The translations under genes were made by a program, and so were the position numbers. A model generated the notes under the pieces. That model had not been told where the DNA came from. It saw only the letters and a list, made by a program, of their open reading frames with translations, and searched no databases. DNA of 49,769 bases, filler included, from Candidatus Lindowbacteria bacterium RIFCSPLOWO2_12_FULL_62_27 (lineage in GTDB: Bacteria; Lindowbacteria; 2-12-FULL-62-27), in the NCBI GenBank assembly GCA_001784175.1. It is 3 parts of 3 records of this genome, joined end to end, with 100 filler letters (N's around TTAATTAATTAA, not from the genome) between each part and the next. Parts side by side here need not be neighbours in the genome. Positions count along the whole stretch, not along the records: positions 38,250 to 49,769 come from MFPR01000042.1; 2 more parts are not named here. One strand, 5' to 3'. Below are positions 39,158-49,000 of this stretch, one piece after another; position 1 is the stretch's first letter, and each line of letters begins with the position of its first letter.

Positions 39158-41941
39158 ATGGCGACCTCTCAGACGCAACCCATCTCGACGATAGACCTTT
39201 CGCCCGCGCAAGAGCAAATCATCTCCCACCGCGGCGCGCCCCTCCAGATCGTCGCGTGCGCGGGGTCGGGCAAGACCGAATCCATCTCGCGGCGGATTGC
39301 CTCTCTCATCGTCGAGGGCGCCGATCCCGCGTCCATCATCGCGTTCACATTCACAGAAAAGGCGGCCGCCGAACTCAAACAGCGGGTTGTCAAACGCGTT
39401 GAGGAAAAAATGGGCCGCGAGTTTCTCGACCGGCTCGGACCCATGTTCGTCGGAACCATCCACGGCTACTGTTTCCGCCTGCTCCAGCTCAACGTCCCCC
39501 AATACGGCAACCACGACGTTCTCGACGAGCACCGGCATGCCGGTCTCCTGAGCCGCGAATACAAACGGCTGGGGCTGTCCAAACTCGGATCCAAACACTG
39601 GGAACCGATACGGGATTTTATCCGATCGGTTGACGTCATCAGCAACGAGGTGATTGATCCGGCCGCACTAGACGGGACGCCTCTGGGCGAATGCTACCGC
39701 GAGTATCGTGACACGCTCGACCGATACCATTTCCTGAGCTATGGCCTCCTGATCACCTGCGCAATCGAAGCGCTGGAGGATCCGGCCATCTACGAAAAAA
39801 TCCACGGGCCGCTTCGGCATCTCATCGTCGACGAATACCAGGACATCAACCCCGCGCAGGAACGGCTGATTGAACTTCTGGCCCGCGACCCCGTCCAGAT
39901 ATGCGTTGTCGGCGACGACGACCAGTCCATCTATCAGTGGCGCGGGTCGGACATTTCGAACATCCTGAAATTTCAAACCCGCAGATCGACGACACGGGCG
40001 ATCGTACTGGCCGACAACCGCCGGTCCCGCCCGCAGATCGTCCGGACCGCCAACGCGTTCGCGTCGAGCATCCCCGGGCGATTGCCCAAACAGATGCAAC
40101 CGTCCCGGCCCGCCGGCGAGAACGAAATTGTTGCGTGGTCAGCCGATACTGCGGAGGACGAAGCCGACCAAATAGCCGAGACGATTGAGCGTATCCATGC
40201 GAAAGGTTACCGCTACCGCGACATCGCCGTGCTCTTTCGTTCCGTCCGCACGTCTGCGCCGCCTCTCATCGACGCGTTTCGGGCCAGAAACATTCCCTTT
40301 GCCTGTGGCGGCCGCACGGGACTGTTTTTGCATCCCGAAATTTCGTATTTCGGAGAACTTTTTTCGTGGATCGGCGACGGCGACTGGCGGGACGCGCGGT
40401 TCGAACAAAAACGCAAGGCCGATATTGACCGCATTGTTGCCGGTCTCGACGCCTGTTTCGGAAACGGCAAACCCATCCCGGGACTCAAAAAATATATGGA
40501 AGACTGGAAGACCTTCGTGCTCCGCACCCGACAGCCGGTCAGTCTCGTCGGGGATTTTTACAAGCTCCTCTATAAACTCGGCGCGGAGTCCATAAACCTC
40601 GGGACGCAGGAGGGCGCTGCGCGATTCGGCGCGTTCGCGCGGTTTTCCCAACTCCTCGCCGATTTCGAGCACGTCACCCGCCGCGGCCGGTACGACCAGG
40701 AAAACGGCCGGCGCGTATTTCGTCCGGGCCAGGATGGCGGCAAGTTCTATTTCCAGCGGCTTGCCAATTATCTGATCCATTACGCATTCGCCGCCTACGA
40801 GGACTACGAGGGCGAACCGGCGTCCGACCTTGATGCCGTCTCCGTCATGACGGTCCATCAGGCCAAAGGTCTTGAATGGCCGGTCGTGCTTATGCCGGCG
40901 CTGGTGAAGGGCCGCTTTCCGACGTCTCTATGCGGCCGCCCGCAGGAGTGGCTCCTGCCGCCCGGGATTTTCAGCGAACAAACCCGCAAACGCTACGAAG
41001 GAAGCGAGACCGAAGAGCGACGCCTGTTTTACGTCGCCCTCACCCGCGCGCGCGACTGCGTCTATCTGTCATACTTTCAGCGGAAAAAAAATAAATTCAA
41101 ACCGTCGCCGTTACTGACGGAGGTTGCCGGCACAAACATCCTTGCGTTTGCCGTGCTTCCTCTCCCCGGCACGCCGGAGCCGGCCGGCCAGAAGGAAATC
41201 CCGCCGCTTCAAATTTCGTTCTCGCACCTGGCCGCATTCGAGGATTGCGGGCTTCGCTATCAGTTCGGGACCGTTTTCGGATTTCAGCAGGAATTGGCAG
41301 TCGAACTCGGCTACGGCCGCGCAATCCATCATGTCCTTCGCCGGGTGGCGGAGGAGGCGCAAAGCAAGGGCAGTATCCCAACCGCTCCGGAATTGAAGTC
41401 TCTGGTTGATGCTGAATTTTATCTGCCGTTTGCAAACACCCCGGCCTTCGAACAGATGTATCGCTCGGCCACGCGGATGACCCGGCTGTACGTCAACGAT
41501 TATTCCGGCGATCTCATGCGGGTCTGGGCGGTCGAGCGCCCGTTCGAACTGCACTTTGAGGACGGCATCGTGGCCGGCCGCGCCGACGTCATTCTGGATC
41601 GCGAAAACGACACGCCGGGCGCGCTGGCCATCGTCGACTACAAGGTCACGCACGATCCCGAACGCGAGGAACGCTACCGCCGGCAACTGTCCATCTATAC
41701 GGCCGCCGGCCGCGGCGAAGGCCTGCGGGTCGACGCCGCCTATCTGCACGACTTGAGCGACAGCGCGCGCCGGCCGGTGGAGATCGGGCCGGAAGTCTTG
41801 AAAAAGACCGTGCAGGAGGTTTCCATCTCTGTGAAAGCCATTCGGCGGGGGAAATACGAGGCGAATCCAGAAGAGCAAAAATGCCGGGCGTGCGAATTTC
41901 TGACGATCTGCGCCAAACGCGCCTGCCGGGTGGGAGATTGA
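39158..41941 (+). CDS. UvrD/PcrA-like SF1 helicase fused to C-terminal PD-(D/E)XK nuclease with 4-Cys Fe-S staple
   Basis: Helicase motifs ACAGSGKT, TFTEKAA, VDEYQD, GDDDQSIYQWRG, TVHQAKGLEW and EERRLFYVALTRA. Nuclease motifs SFSHL..FEDC, VERPF, GRAD, IVDYK, QLSIY and CRACEFLTIC. Confidence 0.9.
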   Translation: MATSQTQPISTIDLSPAQEQIISHRGAPLQIVACAGSGKTESISRRIASLIVEGADPASIIAFTFTEKAAAELKQRVVKRVEEKMGREFLDRLGPMFVGTIHGYCFRLLQLNVPQYGNHDVLDEHRHAGLLSREYKRLGLSKLGSKHWEPIRDFIRSVDVISNEVIDPAALDGTPLGECYREYRDTLDRYHFLSYGLLITCAIEALEDPAIYEKIHGPLRHLIVDEYQDINPAQERLIELLARDPVQICVVGDDDQSIYQWRGSDISNILKFQTRRSTTRAIVLADNRRSRPQIVRTANAFASSIPGRLPKQMQPSRPAGENEIVAWSADTAEDEADQIAETIERIHAKGYRYRDIAVLFRSVRTSAPPLIDAFRARNIPFACGGRTGLFLHPEISYFGELFSWIGDGDWRDARFEQKRKADIDRIVAGLDACFGNGKPIPGLKKYMEDWKTFVLRTRQPVSLVGDFYKLLYKLGAESINLGTQEGAARFGAFARFSQLLADFEHVTRRGRYDQENGRRVFRPGQDGGKFYFQRLANYLIHYAFAAYEDYEGEPASDLDAVSVMTVHQAKGLEWPVVLMPALVKGRFPTSLCGRPQEWLLPPGIFSEQTRKRYEGSETEERRLFYVALTRARDCVYLSYFQRKKNKFKPSPLLTEVAGTNILAFAVLPLPGTPEPAGQKEIPPLQISFSHLAAFEDCGLRYQFGTVFGFQQELAVELGYGRAIHHVLRRVAEEAQSKGSIPTAPELKSLVDAEFYLPFANTPAFEQMYRSATRMTRLYVNDYSGDLMRVWAVERPFELHFEDGIVAGRADVILDRENDTPGALAIVDYKVTHDPEREERYRRQLSIYTAAGRGEGLRVDAAYLHDLSDSARRPVEIGPEVLKKTVQEVSISVKAIRRGKYEANPEEQKCRACEFLTICAKRACRVGD

Positions 41942-41943
41942 TC

Positions 41944-43035
41944 ATGCTGAAACGAAAAACAAAGGCCTCATCCAAAGTGGTGCGCGGCCGGTCGGTTCCC
42001 CATACGCCGGTAGAAGCGTCGTTTGCCGAAGTGATCAGCCTTATCGAATCCGCGCGCCGGCGGGCATATCAAGCCGTGAACACCGAACTCGTCGGCCTCT
42101 ATTGGCAGGTCGGTGAATACATCAGCCGCAAGTTGGAATCTGCCACATGGGGTGAAGGGGTGGTCGAACAATTGGCCGATTACATCGCGCGCAACCGTCC
42201 AGACATGAGGGGATTCACCCGCGCCAGCCTCTTTAGAATGCGGCAGTTCTATGACACCTATTGCCGGAACAAAAAAGTCGCACCACTGGTGCGACAATTG
42301 CCATGGACCCACCATCTGATGATTCTCGGACGATGCAAGCGTGATGAAGAGCGCGAGTTCTACCTTCGTCTCGCACTACAGGAACGCTGGGGGAAAAGGG
42401 AACTCGAACGCCAGCTCAAAGGCGCCCTATTCGAACGCGCAATCTTGTCACCACCAAAAGTCTCGCCGGTGGTGCGACAATTGCATCCCGCCGCTTTGAC
42501 GGTCTTCAAAGACGCCTACCTGCTGGATTTTCTCGACCTGCCCTCCGGACATTCCGAGGGCGATCTGCAACGCGGATTGGTGAGCGATCTGCGCCGGTTC
42601 CTCATCGAACTGGGCCGCGATTTCTGTTTTGTGGGCGAGGAATATCTCGTCCAGGTCGGCGGCCGGGATTTTCGGCTGGACCTGCTCTTCTATCATCGTG
42701 AACTGCAATGTCTCGTCGCGTTCGAACTCAAGATCGACGAGTTTCAGCCGGAGTATCTTGGGAAACTGGAATTTTACCTTGAGGCGCTCGACCGGGACGT
42801 GCGCAAACCGCATGAGCGTCCTTCCATCGGTGTGCTCCTCTGCGCAACCAAAGACGGCGAGGTCGTCGAGTATGCATTGAGCCGGTCACTCTCCCCCGCG
42901 CTCATCGCCGAGTACAAGACCCGGCTCCCGGACAAGAAACTGCTTCAGTCCAAACTCCACGAGTTCTACGCGCTGGCTGAATCTAATGTCTCGCGCGATG
43001 ACACGCCTCCAAGGCCGAAGCGGCGACGTAAATGA
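41944..43035 (+). CDS. YhcG/DUF1016 family PD-(D/E)XK nuclease
   Basis: AVNTELVGLYWQVG, WGEGVV, LPWTHH, REFY, KDAYLLDFL, FLIELGRDFCFVG, LDLLFYHR and FELK...FQPEYLGKL.FYL. Confidence 0.92.
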   Translation: MLKRKTKASSKVVRGRSVPHTPVEASFAEVISLIESARRRAYQAVNTELVGLYWQVGEYISRKLESATWGEGVVEQLADYIARNRPDMRGFTRASLFRMRQFYDTYCRNKKVAPLVRQLPWTHHLMILGRCKRDEEREFYLRLALQERWGKRELERQLKGALFERAILSPPKVSPVVRQLHPAALTVFKDAYLLDFLDLPSGHSEGDLQRGLVSDLRRFLIELGRDFCFVGEEYLVQVGGRDFRLDLLFYHRELQCLVAFELKIDEFQPEYLGKLEFYLEALDRDVRKPHERPSIGVLLCATKDGEVVEYALSRSLSPALIAEYKTRLPDKKLLQSKLHEFYALAESNVSRDDTPPRPKRRRK

Positions 43036-43068
43036 CAACATACAACCGGAGAATGATAGACTGACCCC

Positions 43069-46043
43069 ATGCCCAGACCTCGAAAATCTTCCGGTACCGG
43101 AGGCGTTAAAACCGCGGACTACCGACACACCGGGAAAAAGCGGACGAATATCCCGACGGCGAAAATGGCGGCCGAGGGGAAAATTCCGGCGGCGCCGAAG
43201 GCGCAATACCACTATAACCCGCACCTGCCGCCGGTTCTGCGGTTTGATCCGGCGGGCAAGGCCGACAAACTGCCCGACCTCATCGCCGCCGCCGGCCGGC
43301 GCGCGCTGACGGCGGACGAACAGAAACTTCTGGCCGAGGCGCTCCGCAACCACCAGCCGTGGCTGGAGTGGGCGACGAAACGGGAACAGCACGACAAGGG
43401 ATTTTTCGAAGTCGATCCGGTGGCGTTGCACATCCACGAACGCGTGAGCGCCCAGGCCATCGTCCGCGCGGCGACGCGCGAGGACGTCCAGCGCAATCTC
43501 TTCGCCGACCCCGAACAGCCGTATCAGGAAGCCGTGCAATTCTACAAACACGACGTCGACTGGGCCAACCGCCTCATCCTCGGCGATTCCCTGCAGGTCA
43601 TGTCATCCCTCGCGCGCCGTGAAAATCTCGCGGGGAAGGTGCAGATGATTTATATGGATCCGCCGTATGGGATTAAGTTTGGGAGCAATTTTCAAGCTGA
43701 AATAAACAGGCAAGAAATGAAAGAGAAAGACTCTGATCTAACTCGACAACCAGAAATGGTCAAAGCATATCGCGATACATGGGTGTTCGGTATTCACTCA
43801 TATTTGTCATATTTACGATCCAGACTGTTCTTATGTAAAGAACTGCTTTCAACGTCGGGCAGCATTTTTGTGCAAATTAGCGATGTTAATGTTCACGTTC
43901 TTCGAAGTATGTTGGACGAAGTCTTCGGATTTTCCAATTTTATTTCACAAATCTCTTTTGCCAAAACTAGTGGTTCTGCTGATAAATATCTTGCTACTAT
44001 CGGAGATTTTCTACTCTGGTATGCAAAAGATAAAGAACAACTTAAATATCGGCAATTACATTTCATCAAGACTGACAAAACATTGGCGCAACAATATCGA
44101 TTCAGAATGCATTCGAATGGCTCGGTTGGTAGAGCCGGAGATCCAAAAACCGAGACCGACGAGCAGTTATTATCCCGATTTATGCCAGACAATCTTACTG
44201 GTCAGGGTGAAAACGGAAATCTTGATGATCAAGAAGTTTGGGGAAAACGATTTCGACCGACGACTGGTAGACACTGGTCGACCACTAATGAGGGAATACG
44301 CCGGCTGTTTCACTGCGAACGACTTTTTCTTAGTGAAGAACGTTTGGCATGGCGTAAGTACGTTTCAGATTATCCAGTGTCTGCGTACGGTAATTTTTGG
44401 ACTGATACGGCTCAAGGTGGCCGCGCGTTTGACAGAGTGTATGTTGTCCAAACAGCCGATAAAATCATCGAACGTTGTGTTCTCATGACCACCGATCCTG
44501 GTGACATCATCCTCGATCCCACCTGCGGTAGCGGGGCCACCGCATACGTTGCAGAGCAATGGGGCCGGCGCTGGATCACGATTGACACGAGCCGGGTCGC
44601 ACTTTCAATAGCGCGCCAGAGACTTCTCACCGCGAAGTATGAGCATTATAAAACTAAGGACGGGTCCGGTAATCCGGCCACTGGATTCAATTACAAGACC
44701 GTGCCGCACATCACGCTCAAAAGCATCGCCCAGAACACCAACCTCGATCCGGTCTTCGCCAAGCACGAGCCGGTTCTCAACGCGACGCTGGCGGCGTGCA
44801 ACAAGGCGCTCGCTTCGGTTTCGGCCGACGCGCGGCGGAAACACTCAAGGCGAAATTGCAGGAAAAGCAGACCCGAGAGGGCAAGCGGTCGATCACCGAC
44901 GCGGACCGGCGGCGGTGGGAATTGCCGGAGAAGAAATTTGAGCATTGGACGGTTCCATTCGATACCGATCCAGACTGGCCCAAGGCACTGCAGACGGCGG
45001 TCGCCGAATACCGCAAGGCGTGGCGGGCGAAAATGGACGAGGTGAACGCCTGCATTTCGGCCAACGCCGAGCAGGAGGAATTGGTCGACCGACCGGAAGT
45101 TTCGAAAGGCGTGCTTCGCGTCAGCGGGCCGTTCACGGTCGAGGGCGTGATGCCGGAGGAGTTGAGTTTGGGCGAAAAGGGTCTTTACGATCCAACGCCC
45201 AACGAATTCGAAGACGATGCTGGCGGGCCGGTGGAGCAGATGAAAAATATTCATGCCTATCTCACGCGCATGGTCCAGTGCCTGCGGTCGGACGGCGTGA
45301 CGTTCATGAACAACCAGCGAAAAAAATTCGCGCGGATCGAGCCGCTGTTTGAGTCCGGCACCGGAAGCATCATTCATGCTGAAGGCGTCTGGGAAGAGCA
45401 GGACGGGGCCGGGCCCAACACGATCGCCGTCGGATTCGGGCCGCAGTACGGGCCGGTGACGGCACAGCAGGTCGAGGAACTTGTGCGGGCGAGCAAACGA
45501 TATGACGAACTTGTGATCGCCGGATTCAGTTTCGACGCCGCCGCCACCAACGCCATTCAAGAGGCCGCCCATCCCAAACTTCGCATCCACCAGGCCTACA
45601 TCCGTCCCGACATCAACCCCGCGATGGACGGCCTCCTCAAAGACACGCCCAACAGCCAGCTCTTCACCGTATTCGGCCAGCCCGACGTCGAAGTCAAAAA
45701 GAACAAGGACGCGGATTTTGTCTGCACGCTCAAAGGCGTCGACATCTACGACCCTCTCACCAGCGCCATTCGTTCTACCGGCGCAGAAAAAGTGGCGGCG
45801 TGGTTTTTGGACACGGACTATGACGGCCGATGTTTCTGCGTCACGCAAGCCTTCTTCCCCGACCAGGACGCATGGGAAAAAATCGCGAAGGCCCTCGGAT
45901 CGAGCGCCGACACCGAAGCGTTCGATGCGTTCAAGGGCACGACCTCCCTGCCGTTTCCGAAAGGCAAGCACAATCGAATCGCCGTCAAGGTGATCGACCC
46001 GCGCGGGAATGAAGTCATGTCGATTCAGACGCTCAAGGACTGA
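43069..46043 (+). pseudogene. mod: Type III-like adenine DNA methyltransferase (Mod), split by a frameshift near 44840 (ORFs 43069-45045 and about 44841-46043)
   Basis: NRLILGDSLQVM, VQMIYMDPPYGIKF (motif IV) and DPTCGSGATA (motif I) lie in frame 1. The family-typical C-terminus (RVSGPFTVE, GPQYGPV, WFLDTDYDGRCF, IAVKVIDPRGNE) continues in the -1 frame. This may be a sequencing error rather than a real lesion. Confidence 0.75.
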
Positions 46044-46044
46044 T

Positions 46045-49000
46045 ATGGCAAAAGGCGTCAAATCTCGCGGCCTGCCGACGCACATGGATGAGCCGCCGGC
46101 GGATTGGGTTCCAACGCAGGCGGTCGATGAACCGGTCATCAACAAACCTTATGAAGAACCGGCCAAACACTGGACGTACAAGGATGGCGTCCCGGACTTA
46201 AAATCTGAACGGCGGCCGGCGAGTTACTACTACAAGACGCGCAAAACCGGCGCGGCGCAGGAAGATCTTTTTGCCGAGGAAGAACGCGCGCTGTTGCCGC
46301 TGGTGAACCGGCTCCGCAAGGACGTGAAACGATGGCGCGCGTCGGCCTATCGGGGCGCGTCGCCGGTGAGCAAGGATCTTCTGGCGTACTGGTGGAGAGC
46401 AGACCGGTCGCGGCGGCTGTTTTTCTGCCAGCTTGAAGCGGTCGAGACGTTCATCTATCTGCTGGAGTTGGCGATTCCGGGCCGACTGCCGAGCACCGGA
46501 TTTAAATCATTTGAAGTCGACGCTGGAAATCTGGATCGACTGCTCAAGGGCGTGCGCCCGGATTTTCCGGAAATTGCGCCGGATTATTGTCCCCGGCTGG
46601 TCGACATTCCCGCCGATGCCGGCCTTCAGGGTTTGCGTCGTCTTGGATGCAAGATGGCGACAGGAAGCGGCAAGACGATTGTGATGGCGATGACGATCGC
46701 GTGGGCATTCTGCAACCGCGGCCGAAATCCGGCCACTCTGCATTTTCCCAATGGCGTTCTTGTCTGCGCGCCGAATCTGACGGTCAAAGAGCGCCTGCAG
46801 GTGCTCCGGCCGGATCATCCTGAAAATTATTACGACGCGTTCGATCTCGTGCCGGCCAAATACCGGGAACTGATGGGCGTGGGCCGGGTGCTGATCACGA
46901 ACTGGCACGTCTTCGCGCCGAAAAGCCCGAACGTCGAGGGCGAAAAGAGTTACAAGATCGTGAACAAGGGCGAGGAGACTGCGGAGGCGTTCGCGAAGGA
47001 TCGTCTCGGGGAACTTGCCGCGCGAACGCCCATTCTCGTGCTGAACGACGAGGGCCATCACTGCTGGCGGCCGAACAACAATTCGGCGTCAAAGGCCGAG
47101 GAGGATTTGACAAAGGAGGAGAAGGCGGAACTGGAGGAGGATGCCGAAGAAGCCCGAGTGTGGCTGGCCGGTCTTGACCGGATCAACAATTCGGGTCTGG
47201 CGGGCGGGAAAAATCCGGGGATTCTTGCGGCGTTGGATCTTTCAGCCACGCCGTTTTATCTATCCAACAGCGGCTATCCGGAAGGTGATCCGTTCCCATG
47301 GCTGGTCAGCGATTTCGGGTTGGTGGATGCCATCGAGTGCGGCATCGTCAAAATCCCGCGTATGCCGGTCCGGGATGAAACGGAATCGAAAGACGAAGTC
47401 GGCCGGCCTGATCCGAAATATTTTCACCTGTGGCGGCATATCAATGACGGCCTTCGGCCGGTGGACCGCGCGGCGAATCGGCGGCCAAAACCGGAGGCGG
47501 TGTATCGCGAGGCCGAAGGCGCGCTTCTGATGCTGGCGGGCCAGTGGAAAAAACGGTTTGAAGAGATTCAGGGCGCAAGTCCGGGGGAGAAGATCATTCC
47601 ACCGGTGTTGATTATCGTTTGCGACAACACCGAGGTGGCCGACATTTTTTATCAGAGAATCAGCGGCGAGCGGGAAGAGGAGGTGTTGGGTGCGGACGGC
47701 AAGAAAGTGGAGAAACGGAAAATATATGAAGCCGGCAAAATTCTTGCGGAGTTTTCGAACACCGAGAATTTCCGGCCCACGGTGCGGATCGACACCAAAC
47801 TTCTGAAAAAAATTGAGACCGAGGAAGGCGAAACCAAAGACGAGGCGGCGCAGGCCTTGCGGGCAATCATCAACACCGTCGGCAAACGCGGCATGCCCGG
47901 CGAGCAAATCCGGTGCGTCGTGTCCGTGGGAATGCTCACCGAAGGGTGGGATGCGACGAATGTGACGCACATTCTCGGCGTGCGGGCGTTTCAGAGTCAA
48001 CTTTTGTGCGAGCAGGTAGTCGGTCGGGGCCTTCGGCGGATGGACTACACCGCGCTGGATCCGGAAGGCCGGCTGGTGGCCGAGCATGTGGATGTCTATG
48101 GGATCCCATTCTCGCTGATTCCGTTCAAGGGCAAGCCGAAAGATATAGAGCGGCCCGACCCCGTCTATCATCACGTATTTGCGGTGCCGGAACGCGCGTC
48201 GCTCGAGATTCGCCTGCCGGTGGTCGAGAGTTACACGTATGATCTGAAGGGCAGCGGGATTTCGTGCGATGTGGACAATCTCGACGACCTGGTGGTGGAC
48301 GATGAGCCGACGAAAGTCTATCTGGCCGTAACGCGCGGCTATCAGGATGACCCCTCCTCCACGCCGTCGGGAGATTTCATCCAGCAAACGCGAGAGAATT
48401 TTTACGCGACGGTACGATTTCAGCAAGTGGTGTTTCGGCTGGCGCAGATGATCGTGGACGATTTGATCGCCGGCGGCCGGGGCGCGGGCGTTGAGGCGCT
48501 TAAAAAGTCGCTTTTAGCCCGGCACCAGGTTTTTCCGGATGTTCTACGGATCGTGCAGGAATACATCAACAAGAAGGTCCGGTTCGTCAAAGGCGTGGAC
48601 CCGAGGGAGCTGGCGCTGGAAAAATATTCTCAACTTCTGCGAGAGCGCGTTCGGGCTGGAATTCTGCCGGCGGCGGCCAGCGCGGAGGCGCCGCTTTTGC
48701 CGGTTGTGAACTCGTACAAGCCCTTCGCCTCGACGACGGACGTGAATTTCCGGACGACCCGGCCAGTAGTGAAACTGGAAAAGAGCCATCTCAATCTCGC
48801 GGTGATCCACAGCGATTGGGAGAAGGACGCGATCGCCATTCTGGAGGACAGCGACGACGTCGAGTTTTTCACACCGAACGACCAGCATGTCGGATTGGTC
48901 GTCCCCTACGATTATCTGGGCGGCCAGCACCACTACGAGCCGGATTTCATCGTGCGCCTGCGCGGCGGCAAAATCCTCCATCTCATTCTGGAGATCAAAG

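Noticed and set aside
39158-41941. Calling the helicase Gabija GajB, housekeeping PcrA/UvrD or Cas4
   Set aside because: There is no adjacent GajA-like OLD nuclease or cas genes. The fused Fe-S nuclease and RM context argue against the housekeeping repair helicase.
44830-44850. Programmed -1 ribosomal frameshift or phase-variable tract in mod
   Set aside because: There is no in-frame X XXY YYZ slippery heptamer and no long simple repeat (only AAA and GCGGCGG).
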